A stretch of 60,876 nt of DNA, the filler included, from Candidatus Zapsychrus exili (lineage in GTDB: Bacteria; Omnitrophota; Gorgyraeia; Zapsychrales; Zapsychraceae): the NCBI GenBank assembly GCA_030765585.1. It is 8 parts of 8 records of this genome, joined end to end, with 100 filler letters (N's around TTAATTAATTAA, not from the genome) between each part and the next. Parts side by side here need not be neighbours in the genome. Positions count along the whole stretch, not along the records: positions 27,541 to 35,779 come from JAVCCJ010000011.1; positions 35,880 to 49,568 come from JAVCCJ010000026.1; 6 more parts are not named here. The stretch is one strand, 5' to 3'. Below, piece after piece: positions 30,240 through 39,253 of this stretch (position 1 is its first letter; each line of letters opens with the position of its first letter). A program made the translations under genes and the position numbers. The notes below the pieces were generated by a model. That model was given only the letters and a program-made list of their open reading frames with translations, searched no databases and was not told the origin of the DNA.

Positions 30240-31385
30240 TCACTCCCCATACCCTTCTAAATCATTAAATGCGGCTTTGATTGTTGATAGATTAACATTA
30301 AAGCGTTTGGCCATGGCGGTTTTTGATATGGAATATAAGTCTTTTCCTTCCTCTTTAAGCAAGGCCTGGATTAAAAAAAGAAACTTTAGGCGCATAGTCA
30401 ATTTGGCATTATCCGGCTGAATAAGTGAATCTGAGGATATAGCCAGGGTATCGCCGGAAATGTCTGTAAGTATAACACTTGCATCCCGGCTATGGAAAAA
30501 GCTTACCTCAATAAGTTGATAGCGTTTTTTCAGTTTTTTTAAGCTTTTAATTACTTGCCTCCTTAAAGCGCTATGCGTCCATGAATCAGGCATACCTAAG
30601 CTTAAAGCCATGGCTTCCAAGCCGATTAAGAACTCCTGTTTACCTGTAGCCTGGCTATGAGCTAAAAGCAATAGATAAAGATCCATAGCCCGTTCATCAC
30701 GACTGGTAACCATAAGAGAAAGATATTTTTTATTCAATAAAAACTCTTCAGGCAAGTTTAAACTTTTAGGTAGGTTTTCTATGTAAGCCGAAGTATAAAT
30801 CTTTTCACTACGCGGTGTCGAAGATATAAGAAAGTTCCTAAGGCGTAACAATTTTACTTGGGCCAAATCCCGAGAATCAATAAGCGTAGAAGATTCAAAA
30901 TTATTCTTCAGGGCTGAAATAGACCAATTAGCACTGCCTTCAACTATATATCGGCTATCAACTACTATAAGCTTATCGTGAAGCCTGCGATTAGAGGGTA
31001 TAAAATGAATAAGGACTCCAGCTTTCTCCAATTCCTTAAAAATAGGACTCTGGACAAAAGCGATTCCACCTTTCTTAGAATTTTTGAAGCGGGTATTAAG
31101 ATATAGTGTAACTTCAACGCCTCTTTCCCTTGCTTCCAACAAATCATTAAGCAAAAGCCTTACCGGATTGTTAGTATTTGTCCCTAAACTTATGGAATAC
31201 ATAGAAATATCTATGGATTTTTGGGCATTATCTAAAAGCCCAATTACAGCTTGCTCGTAGCTGCGATCTGATATATCTTTAACTCGGGAAGAAACAAAAT
31301 CATCTGCGGAGCCTACGGCATGGGTAAGTAAAGATATTGTGAGAATTAATATAGAAAATAGGTAGAATTTATTTTTCTTCGTCAT
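30240..31385 (-). CDS. single-HKD phospholipase D/Nuc-like domain fused to helical/wHTH-like regions
   Basis: N-terminal hydrophobic signal, LHDKLIVVD...GSANWS..NFE; C-terminal SKTAMAKRFNVNLSTIKAA HTH. Confidence 0.8.
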   Translation of the reverse strand: MTKKNKFYLFSILILTISLLTHAVGSADDFVSSRVKDISDRSYEQAVIGLLDNAQKSIDISMYSISLGTNTNNPVRLLLNDLLEARERGVEVTLYLNTRFKNSKKGGIAFVQSPIFKELEKAGVLIHFIPSNRRLHDKLIVVDSRYIVEGSANWSISALKNNFESSTLIDSRDLAQVKLLRLRNFLISSTPRSEKIYTSAYIENLPKSLNLPEEFLLNKKYLSLMVTSRDERAMDLYLLLLAHSQATGKQEFLIGLEAMALSLGMPDSWTHSALRRQVIKSLKKLKKRYQLIEVSFFHSRDASVILTDISGDTLAISSDSLIQPDNAKLTMRLKFLFLIQALLKEEGKDLYSISKTAMAKRFNVNLSTIKAAFNDLEGYGE

Positions 31386-31412
31386 TTGAAGTGCGCTTGG
31401 GTTCTGTTTATT

Positions 31413-32288
31413 TTAAAAGGGAGTTGATCCCTTTATTCCTTTATTGACCCCTTTATTCTTTTTATTAATTTTCTTTTTTAATGATTCATACGGCTGTTTA
31501 ACAAAATTAGGCATTTCGTTAGTAGAAAAGTTTTCAACTGCTTCATAAATTTTTTTGTAACATTCAAATTCCTCTACATTAAATCTACTATTTGCGTGTA
31601 ACCAATTTAAATTGGAAAAAACTTCACCCAGACGTTTTAGAAAATTCCCTCGAAAAACCTTCTCTGACCCTGAGCCAGCAAAAATTACGATATTAGAAGG
31701 ATATCTTGGAATTTGGAATATATATTCTCCCATTTTTCTTGAACTAATATTATTTTGAGTAATTGAACACAATGAATACAATAGCTCAAGTGTCTTATCT
31801 AATTCTTCTGTTTCAAAAGAGGCTGTAATTTCTATAAGTTTTGGAAATTTCAATGTGAATTGTCTATTTCCATTTTGAATAAAATATTCTGTATTGGGAA
31901 TAATCGCATTATTATACAGCTCAATTTGTAATTTATTAGGGATTCCTTTATAGGAAAAGAAAATCGGAATATATTCTCCAGAATATATAGTTAATTTTAA
32001 GTTTTTTTGTTCCACTACACCAATAAAAAAGGGAAGTTCGAGAGATTCTAAATGTTGAATTTTATCAGTTATATCAATTTTGTCAGCATTACTTTTTATT
32101 TGAATTGCAAAGGAATTTTTGGGAAGAATATATTTTTGATTTTTTCTTTCTATAAGGGTACAAAAGAAATCAATACCGATGTCATCTCCTATTGAAGTAG
32201 GTTGTGCCACGAATGAAAATCTAGAAAGAATATACCTGGCCAAATTTTCATTTTCCCAACCTTTCCTGATATATGTTAAATGTGCCAT
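31413..32288 (-). CDS. DUF4365-like PD-(D/E)xK nuclease-domain protein
   Basis: GWENE..A, DIGIDFFC, FAIQIKS. Confidence 0.65.
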   Translation of the reverse strand: MAHLTYIRKGWENENLARYILSRFSFVAQPTSIGDDIGIDFFCTLIERKNQKYILPKNSFAIQIKSNADKIDITDKIQHLESLELPFFIGVVEQKNLKLTIYSGEYIPIFFSYKGIPNKLQIELYNNAIIPNTEYFIQNGNRQFTLKFPKLIEITASFETEELDKTLELLYSLCSITQNNISSRKMGEYIFQIPRYPSNIVIFAGSGSEKVFRGNFLKRLGEVFSNLNWLHANSRFNVEEFECYKKIYEAVENFSTNEMPNFVKQPYESLKKKINKKNKGVNKGIKGSTPF

Positions 32289-32301
32289 TATTTACTTTCT
32301 C

Positions 32302-32366
32302 GCGTAACGCTTGAGCTCAGCCGCATTTTTGCGTAGCAAAAATGTCCGCTGGAGCGAATTATCTGA
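32302..32366 (-). other. integron attC-like recombination site (R'' box degenerate)
   Basis: Minus strand AATTC-GCTCCAGC-GGAC..hairpin..GCG-GCTGAGC-TCAAGC-GTTACGC right after the HEPN stop and 13 nt before the next ATG. Confidence 0.7.
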
Positions 32367-32368
32367 TT

Positions 32369-33124
32369 TTATTCTATATTATCAATAAAATCCTTCATTG
32401 CTTTGATTGTCGGTAAAACTTTTTTATATTTATCAATAACATTATCTAGTTCTGCGCTAAGACTTTTGCACGAATAATCCAAATATATAAAGGGTAAGCC
32501 ATTTGCCCCCAATGAATTTGAAACCTTTCCTTCAATCTTCATATTGCGCATAGGAGAGCTTTTGCCATGTGATATCTCATTGCGATCGTCAGCAGCTTTC
32601 TTGCGATATTCTATGTATTTTTGCAGTTCCTCAAGATAAGGATTTTGGGTGTATCTAGAATTTTTATGTAAAGCAGAAATAGTCTGGGAGAAATATTGTT
32701 TTCTGAATTGTTTTTCTGAAAGGTTGGGAAAACAAACATGCATAAGAACATTGTTTATTCTCTCCCAACATCTATACACACATTCATGTGAGGTATATAC
32801 ATAATACCAAAAATAAATTTCAGGCATTTTTATATTGGGGACATCCTTTTCATGCAAAGCAATACCTTGTATCCCATCAATGAATTCACATTCTTGCAGA
32901 GCAATTAGCATATGCCCCAAAGAAAGCTGGACATGCCCCATACTCCAAAATAATTCAGTAACAGTTTGTCTAAAATTTTTTTCATCTAATTTAAAATGAA
33001 TAGCAACATTTTTGGACCATACCTGAAGATTTTTTATCGGGAGATTTTTTGTTATGGCAGGAATTTTATATTTGTCAAACAATTGGTTAATTTCTTTTTG
33101 AATTGTATCAATATTTATATTCAT
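32369..33124 (-). CDS. HEPN-domain protein (Cthe_2314-like)
   Basis: All-helical with RNEISH (Rx4H); ATG 33124 preferred because the ORF-track start lies inside a repeat. Confidence 0.7.
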   Translation of the reverse strand: MNINIDTIQKEINQLFDKYKIPAITKNLPIKNLQVWSKNVAIHFKLDEKNFRQTVTELFWSMGHVQLSLGHMLIALQECEFIDGIQGIALHEKDVPNIKMPEIYFWYYVYTSHECVYRCWERINNVLMHVCFPNLSEKQFRKQYFSQTISALHKNSRYTQNPYLEELQKYIEYRKKAADDRNEISHGKSSPMRNMKIEGKVSNSLGANGLPFIYLDYSCKSLSAELDNVIDKYKKVLPTIKAMKDFIDNIE

Positions 33125-33141
33125 TTTTATATAAGAGTTCT

Positions 33142-33181
33142 GGGGACGTATCACTTAATTCGAGATAAGTGTTCTGTCCCC
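33142..33181. repeat. GGGGAC...GTCCCC palindromic unit (R1)
   Basis: GGGGAC-gtat-CACTTA-N8-TAAGTG-ttct-GTCCCC; left arm resembles R2-R4. Confidence 0.65.
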
Positions 33182-33214
33182 CGAATTACTGTCTAAAATA
33201 ATTTTGAATTTCTA

Positions 33215-33514
33215 TCAGTTGTTTTTTAGACAACTACGATAGCTAAAATCCTCAACGCTACCATCTGTCCTAATTATATAAAAACATCTAGTGTTAGCCC
33301 ACTTTTTATTTTTTCTAACTCTAAATTCTTTTATACCACAACCTACCTTTTCTTTGTTGTCAGAATGACGCTTCAGAAGCTCTGATATAAAATTAAAATC
33401 CTCTTTTGTTAATTTTCCATTAAGATTATATTTATTTAAAATTGATCTAATAAATCTAATAGCGTCCTTTTGAGTATCAAATTTTTTCCCTGCAATAATA
33501 TATATCTTAGTCAC
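33215..33514 (-). CDS. DCL/DUF3223 family protein
   Basis: LLKRH...KVGCGI...RCFYIIRTDGSVEDFSYRSC; GGAGG RBS with GTG start. Confidence 0.85.
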   Translation of the reverse strand: MTKIYIIAGKKFDTQKDAIRFIRSILNKYNLNGKLTKEDFNFISELLKRHSDNKEKVGCGIKEFRVRKNKKWANTRCFYIIRTDGSVEDFSYRSCLKNN

Positions 33515-33587
33515 TTCTTACCCCTCCTTCAAGTTAATAGTGCTTCAGGATTGGCTTTAATCTTTTTACTGGTCGATTCTTACGAAT

Positions 33588-33637
33588 CCCGAAGGCACAA
33601 TACTTAATTACTTTAAAATAGAATCGGCTCCTTTTCC
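33588..33637. repeat. intergenic ~45-bp direct repeat (R2)
   Basis: GGCACAATACTTAATTACTTTAAAATAGAATCGGCTCCTTTT. Confidence 0.85.
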
Positions 33638-33672
33638 TTTTTTGCGATACTAAAAGCTGTTTTGCCTTTTTC

Positions 33673-33816
33673 TTAAGAAGATTTCTTTTTGCTTGGTGAA
33701 TGATAACTAGCGACACTGCTAAATTTTCCTTTTGAAATCCTCACACCCTCTTTTTTAGCTTTTTCCCTAAGTCCTTTACACCTTTTATCTGGTTTTCCAA
33801 CTTTTGCCATCGTCAT
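33673..33816 (-). CDS. 47-aa basic peptide not in the ORF track
   Basis: AAGGAGG-N3-ATG; MTMAKVGKPDKRCKGLREKAKKEGVRISKGKFSSVASYHSPSKKKSS; lies wholly between R3 and R2. Confidence 0.6.
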   Translation of the reverse strand: MTMAKVGKPDKRCKGLREKAKKEGVRISKGKFSSVASYHSPSKKKSS

Positions 33817-33859
33817 TTACCTCCTTAGATTTTTCATCCCTTTATTGGAACACGAAATT

Positions 33860-33909
33860 CTGGGAAACATAATACTTAATTACTTAAAAATAGAAGCGTC
33901 TCTTTTTCC
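33860..33909. repeat. intergenic ~45-bp direct repeat (R3)
   Basis: GGAAACATAATACTTAATTACTTAAAAATAGAAGCGTCTCTTTTT. Confidence 0.85.
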
Positions 33910-33968
33910 ATAGTCTTTTTATTAATTCTTCATCAGAAAGGTCTACGTTGTTCACAAAAACTTGCAAA

Positions 33969-34715
33969 TCACAGATGCTTATGGGAATCAGCGATAAATC
34001 GTCCCACAGAAGCAAAGACTTCGAGAAAATTTTCTGGAGATGCTTGTTTACCATAATGGACAATTTTATTCCGAGTTTGCTGACATAAGAAGAATTCGTC
34101 GTCCTTCATCTTTTTTAATTTTTTAAGTTCTTTCTCGTTGATTCTTTCGCCAAGACTATTCCAAATTCCAAGCTTTTTCCACATCTCAAAGTAATCTCTG
34201 ACTATCGGCCTTTTATCAATAAGAATGAGATCGATAATGCCTTCTTCAACTCGTCTCTCCTGAAGTTGCCTACGGATTTGATAAGAAAGATACACTTCTA
34301 AGGCCGTATAAATTTTAACAACTGCAGAACTGAGATCATACAAGAAAGCGGGCAATGGCTTCGTAGGTTCGCTTTCGTCAGCCTCGAAATACAAACAGAT
34401 ATCCCGATCCTGACTTACCAATAGAGCATGCAGATATCCATCCAAGAAATGAAGCTGAAAGATTTTCATTAATTCTCGAAATTTGGGGATTTCCCCATAA
34501 GTTTCATCAGCGTCTCGATACACCCCCTTTTGTTCCGTAATACAGTCCGGACAATCCCAATTGCTCAAACTCGCAGTAATTTCAATTGCGTTAAAGGCGT
34601 CCTCTCTACTCTTGTGTCCACAATTCGGACAAGTATAATCAATTTCCCAATTTAATGATTTTTTAATCTCTTCGGATACTACTTTAAATTTTTCTTTAAA
34701 TTGCTCATTAGTCAT
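33969..34715 (-). CDS. Zn-ribbon plus HEPN-like protein
   Basis: CPNC...CPDC; C-terminal RNKIVH (Rx4H); GAGGTG RBS before ATG near 34715. Confidence 0.65.
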   Translation of the reverse strand: MTNEQFKEKFKVVSEEIKKSLNWEIDYTCPNCGHKSREDAFNAIEITASLSNWDCPDCITEQKGVYRDADETYGEIPKFRELMKIFQLHFLDGYLHALLVSQDRDICLYFEADESEPTKPLPAFLYDLSSAVVKIYTALEVYLSYQIRRQLQERRVEEGIIDLILIDKRPIVRDYFEMWKKLGIWNSLGERINEKELKKLKKMKDDEFFLCQQTRNKIVHYGKQASPENFLEVFASVGRFIADSHKHL

Positions 34716-34819
34716 TATTATCACCTCTGTTAAACTCCACAAGTCACTTTGTTATTCATCAGCATCAAAATCGCCTTTTACGACGTTAGGCAATATCTAT
34801 AGATCTTACTGTTCGCAAT

Positions 34820-34868
34820 CGAGGAACATAATACTTAATTACTTTAAAATAGAAGCATCCCCTATTTT
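34820..34868. repeat. intergenic ~45-bp direct repeat (R4)
   Basis: GAGGAACATAATACTTAATTACTTTAAAATAGAAGCATCCCCTATTTT; contains the RusA stop codon. Confidence 0.85.
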
Positions 34869-35233
34869 ACATTTATAGGCAGAATTTCTAGATTAACACC
34901 ACAATCCTTATTGCAATTGACCTTTGACTTCACAGCATTCAAAGAGATTATACACGAATCTTTTTCCGGAGATTCAGAAAAAATAGTTTTGTTTAAAGCA
35001 TCACATAGCCTTTTTAATAAGTTATCCAGGTCTGGTCCAAAAGGAAAATTTTTAGGAAATTTATCAGCGGGTAATAGAAAGGTTACCTTCATCATGCAGG
35101 CCTCTTTTATTTTAGGTAATCCTTCAGTTTGCCTGGTTACATCTTGTGTCCATTCCTCTGTAGCTTGAATTTTCCCACGCGCTTTATTCTTACTGTAGGG
35201 TATGCCTTTAATTCTTATAGTCATTACTTTCAT
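34862..35233 (-). CDS. RusA-family Holliday junction resolvase-like nuclease
   Basis: G.PYSK, PDLDNLLKRLCDAL...D motif; GAGGAG RBS. Confidence 0.8.
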   Translation of the reverse strand: MKVMTIRIKGIPYSKNKARGKIQATEEWTQDVTRQTEGLPKIKEACMMKVTFLLPADKFPKNFPFGPDLDNLLKRLCDALNKTIFSESPEKDSCIISLNAVKSKVNCNKDCGVNLEILPINVK

Positions 35234-35369
35234 TATTCTCCTCTCAAAAGTTTTGAACTAATCAGACAAAGTTGAAGGTACGATTCTTTCTTTATTATTA
35301 ATTATACACCAAGGTGTCACAGACGAACAATGATTTTAGCGTGTCCTAGGTAGCATTCTCATTATTCAA

Positions 35370-35779
35370 CTATCCTCTTGGCCTGTATATTTCCTCAAAA
35401 AGCCCTATCTCTTTTCCTTCAGGGGTCATTATTACCGTAATATCGTAAGCTCCGTCGTCAGCCCCTCTTCTGACTATTAAATAGCCATAATATTCCTCTT
35501 CCTTATCCTCGATAATCTTAACTGATTCACCCCAATGAAGCCATCTATCATTAGATCCGTCGGCATTTACAGAATGAATAGCATGAGTGGTTACACATCC
35601 TGGCTGACAGGCATAATATATTTTACTGCCATCAGGTGAAAAACAAAGGCTGTAAAACCAGCCTCTGTTTTCTTTTGTATCAACCCCTTTTTTGTAATAA
35701 CTTTTTAATAAAACCTTGGACTCTCCATTATTTACATCTATTGTCCATATTTCATAGGGGCTCCAATTGCCATATTCAA
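35370..35779 (-). CDS. TolB/PD40-like beta-propeller protein, C-terminal fragment (not in ORF track)
   Basis: Open frame from contig edge: YEIWTIDVNNG...FSPDGSKIYY...IHSVNADGS, stop TAG at 35370. Confidence 0.55.
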
Positions 35780-35899
35780 NNNNNNNNNNNNNNNNNNNNN
35801 NNNNNNNNNNNNNNNNNNNNNNNTTAATTAATTAANNNNNNNNNNNNNNNNNNNNNNNNNNNNNNNNNNNNNNNNNNNNAGGCACCTGCAATCCATATC

Positions 35900-35983
35900 T
35901 GTCATTGCGAGCGAGGCGCAAGCCGAGCGCGGCAATCTCATACCAAACTAGATTGCTTCGTCGCTTTGCTCCTCGCAATGACA
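35900..35983. repeat. palindromic element TGTCATTGCGAG...CTCGCAATGACA, copy 1
   Basis: Terminal inverted repeats with internal GCAATC/GATTGC; other copies at 37444 and 46215. Confidence 0.85.
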
Positions 35984-35990
35984 AATAAAA

Positions 35991-37421
35991 TCATTTATCT
36001 CTTTCTTTTATAACCACAAAAGAGTCTTTGCCTCTTTTTGTTATTTTTTCTATAGGGATACCTGTCTTCTCTGAAATTATTTTAAGAATCCTCGTCGTGC
36101 AAAATCCTCCATGACAACGTCCGGCCTGTGCTCTAGTTCTAAATTTTATACCATCAAGAGTTTCTGCTCCACGATCTATCGCATCTTCTATTTCTTTTCT
36201 CGACACCATTTCACAACGACAAATAATATCACCATAAGCTTCATCTTTTTTTACCATATCTTTTATTTTCTTTTTATCTAAATCAAAAAGATGTATTGTC
36301 TTTTTTCTGCATTTCTTAAAATTCCATTTTCTTCTAAGCTTAAGCTTATTTTTATTTAAAATTTTTCTAACCATAACAGCAATTGCAGGAGATGCAGTTA
36401 GTCCAGGAGACTGAATCCCTGCGACATTAATAAAACCAGGTACTGAATCTTCATGACGAATTATAAAGTCATTTCCCGCAACAGGTCTAATCCCTGAGAA
36501 ATATGCAATAACATCATTACTATTTATAGAAGGAACAAGCCTTTTAGCTGATGATATAATATTTTTAAAACTGTCATCATCTGTAGAGAGATCATATTTG
36601 TCCTCTACATCCTCTGCCGTAGGACCTATTATTGGATTTCCGTCTGCTGTTTTTATAACCAATACTCCCTTAGAATTTTCTTCAGGCAAGGGAAATATAA
36701 GATGATTGGTTATATTCTCCTTCTTTTTGTCTAACAATAATTCCTGACCTTTCCGTGGAGTTATCTTAAAATTATCTACACCTACCATTTTTGATACCTC
36801 ATCAGAAAAAAGACCAGCAGCATTTATAACAAAGCTAGAGGTAAATACAACCTGTGGTGTTTCGACCTCAAAATTATTGTTTTCATTCTTTTGTATTTTA
36901 ACAACCTCGCTATCAGTGTAAATCTCAACCCCGTTTTCTTTTGCATTCTCACTTAAATCATACGCCATTCTATAAGGGCTTATAATTCCTGCTGATGGAA
37001 TAAAAAGCGCAGCTATAACTCTTTTGTTTAAATTAGGTTCGTGCTTAGACAACCAAACCTTATCGACAATCTTCATCTTTTTTACGCCTAATTTTCTGGC
37101 CTCTTTTCTTATCTCTTTTAAGCGCACTATATCTTCTTCGGTAAATACAACAATAAGCTCTCCGATCTCTTTAAAATCTATCCCTAGTTCTTTTGCTATC
37201 TTTCTTATGCGTTTATTACCTTCAACACACAGTTTTCCTTTTAAGGAATCTGACTTTATTTGCGTTCCAGGATGAATTATTCCACTATTTGATTTAGAAA
37301 CTCCGAAGGCAAGCTCTGCTTCACGCTCAAGAATAGCAATCTTTAGTTTATATTTAGAAAGTTCGCGAGCAATGGAAGCTCCGACGACCCCTCCACCTAT
37401 TATAATTATATCGTAGATCAT
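35991..37421 (-). CDS. FAD-dependent glycerol-3-phosphate dehydrogenase (GlpA-like) with BFD-like [2Fe-2S] domain
   Basis: GGGVVG, SKSNSGIIH, GIQSPGLTASPAIA, CRCE...GRCHGGFC; downstream of glpK. Confidence 0.88.
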   Translation of the reverse strand: MIYDIIIIGGGVVGASIARELSKYKLKIAILEREAELAFGVSKSNSGIIHPGTQIKSDSLKGKLCVEGNKRIRKIAKELGIDFKEIGELIVVFTEEDIVRLKEIRKEARKLGVKKMKIVDKVWLSKHEPNLNKRVIAALFIPSAGIISPYRMAYDLSENAKENGVEIYTDSEVVKIQKNENNNFEVETPQVVFTSSFVINAAGLFSDEVSKMVGVDNFKITPRKGQELLLDKKKENITNHLIFPLPEENSKGVLVIKTADGNPIIGPTAEDVEDKYDLSTDDDSFKNIISSAKRLVPSINSNDVIAYFSGIRPVAGNDFIIRHEDSVPGFINVAGIQSPGLTASPAIAVMVRKILNKNKLKLRRKWNFKKCRKKTIHLFDLDKKKIKDMVKKDEAYGDIICRCEMVSRKEIEDAIDRGAETLDGIKFRTRAQAGRCHGGFCTTRILKIISEKTGIPIEKITKRGKDSFVVIKERDK

Positions 37422-37443
37422 ATGAAATCCTAAAAAACAATAA

Positions 37444-37540
37444 TGTCATTGCGAGGAGGCAAGCAAAAAAATCAAGCCTACGCGGCAATCTCCTACCAAG
37501 GGGGATTGCTTCGGTCGCCTGCGGCTCCCTCGCAATGACA
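37444..37540. repeat. palindromic element, copy 2
   Basis: TGTCATTGCGAGG...GCAATC...GATTGC...CCTCGCAATGACA. Confidence 0.85.
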
Positions 37541-37551
37541 ACATTTTTTTA

Positions 37552-39030
37552 TTATGTTAAGGTTCTAGAAACAGCTTTTTTCCAACCAGAATAAAATTCT
37601 AGGGCATCTTTTCTTTTCATTCTTGGCTTAAATATTTTGTCCTTTGACCAACATTTCTTTATTTCATCTGAATTCTTCCAATAGCCAACAACTAAACCAG
37701 CTAAATAAGCAGCCCCTAAAGATGTCGTCTCAATTGTTTTTGGTCTTATGATATCAATACCTAAAATATCAGCTTGGAACTGACATAGAAAATCATTTGC
37801 AACCGCGCCTCCATCAATCTTAAGATTATTTATCTTAAGGCCCGTGTCTTTTTCCATTGCGTCGATCACATCTTTTGTCTGATAACACATTGCTTCAATT
37901 GCAGCACGTACTAAATGTTCTTTCTTCGTGCCTCTAGTCAACCCAACTATTGTACCTCTTGCATCTTGATCCCAATGCGGTGCACCAAGCCCAACTAAGG
38001 CAGGAACAAAATAAACGCCATCATTGCTTTTAAGAGACTCTGCCATTTTCTTTGTTTCTTTTGCGCTATTAATTATTCCAAGTCCATCACGAAGCCATTG
38101 AATGGCCGCGCCTGCAATAAATATCGCACCTTCAAGCGCATAAACAGGTTCGCCTTTTTTACCACAGCAAATAGTTGTGATAAGTCCGTGCTTTGATGAA
38201 GGCCTTTTATTTCCTGTATTAAGCAAGACAAAAGATCCTGTACCATATGTGTTTTTTATAGTTCCTTCGGAAAAACATGTCTGACCAAAAAGAGCTGCTT
38301 GTTGATCGCCTGCTATGCCAGATATTGGTATTCCACTCTTTAATTTACCAAGTTTGATAGTGTGACCAAATACTGACGAAGAACTTTGAACGACTGGAAG
38401 CATCTTTTTAGGAATACCAAATGTTCTAAGTAATTCATCATCCCACTTTAAATCATTTATATTGAAAATCATTGTTCTAGATGCGTTAGTGTAATCAGTT
38501 GCGTGAGACGCGCCTCCAGTCAGTTTCCATAAAATCCAAGAGTCAGTTGTTCCAAATAAAAGCTTCCCTTGCCTAGCTTTCTCTTTGGCACCTTTAACAT
38601 TTTTAAGTATCCATTCTATCTTGGTCGCTGAAAAATATGCATCAATAGGAAGCCCTGTTTTTTTCTTAAAAACAGTACTCGAACCTTTTTTCTTATTTAA
38701 TTGATCACAACGACTAGACGTTCTTCTACACTGCCAAACAATTGCATTATGCACAGGTTTATCTGTGTCACGATTCCACACAACGGTTGTCTCTCTTTGA
38801 TTAGTCATTCCTATTGCAAGTATCTCTGCATTCTTAACTTTAGTAAGCACTTTTTGAATTGAGCTATTTACACTTTTCCATATTTCATCTGGATTGTGCT
38901 CAACCCAGCCTGGCTTTGGAAAATACTGCGGGAACTCTTGATAGGAACTTGCAATTTTTGCTCCCTTTTTATTGTAAAGAATCGCGCGACTGCCAGTTGT
39001 ACCTTGATCTATTGATAATATATATTTCAT
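37552..39030 (-). CDS. glpK: glycerol kinase
   Basis: IDQGTTGSR, NQRETT, WQCRRT, GDQQAALFG, KNTYGTG, ALEG; ATG at 39030. Confidence 0.97.
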   Translation of the reverse strand: MKYILSIDQGTTGSRAILYNKKGAKIASSYQEFPQYFPKPGWVEHNPDEIWKSVNSSIQKVLTKVKNAEILAIGMTNQRETTVVWNRDTDKPVHNAIVWQCRRTSSRCDQLNKKKGSSTVFKKKTGLPIDAYFSATKIEWILKNVKGAKEKARQGKLLFGTTDSWILWKLTGGASHATDYTNASRTMIFNINDLKWDDELLRTFGIPKKMLPVVQSSSSVFGHTIKLGKLKSGIPISGIAGDQQAALFGQTCFSEGTIKNTYGTGSFVLLNTGNKRPSSKHGLITTICCGKKGEPVYALEGAIFIAGAAIQWLRDGLGIINSAKETKKMAESLKSNDGVYFVPALVGLGAPHWDQDARGTIVGLTRGTKKEHLVRAAIEAMCYQTKDVIDAMEKDTGLKINNLKIDGGAVANDFLCQFQADILGIDIIRPKTIETTSLGAAYLAGLVVGYWKNSDEIKKCWSKDKIFKPRMKRKDALEFYSGWKKAVSRTLT

Positions 39031-39196
39031 AAATGAATCCTTGTGCTTGCGAGTGTAAGACATGAGCAAGTATTAGGTTGAATTTATCCCGACATTTTGC
39101 TAAAAAAATTCAAAATTGTAGGGATCCCTTTTTACTGTAAGAATCTAAATAAGTATATCACTAAAAGTTTTTCGGATAAATCAGAAAGACAAATAA

Positions 39197-39242
39197 AAAA
39201 GGTACCGTACCCCTTTTAGTCAAAAGGGGTACGGTACCTTTT
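39197..39242. terminator. perfect 21-bp inverted repeat (REP-like, probable terminator of the giant gene)
   Basis: AAAAGGTACCGTACCCCTTTT-AGTC-AAAAGGGGTACGGTACCTTTT, 11 nt after the stop. Confidence 0.7.
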
Positions 39243-39253
39243 ACAAATATATC

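Noticed and set aside
33534..33716. 60-aa ORF-track call on the minus strand
   Set aside because: Runs through repeat R2, lacks an RBS and overlaps the better supported 47-aa ORF
33588..34868. R2-R4 repeats as a CRISPR array
   Set aside because: Intervals are about 220-910 bp and contain whole genes; no cas genes in the window
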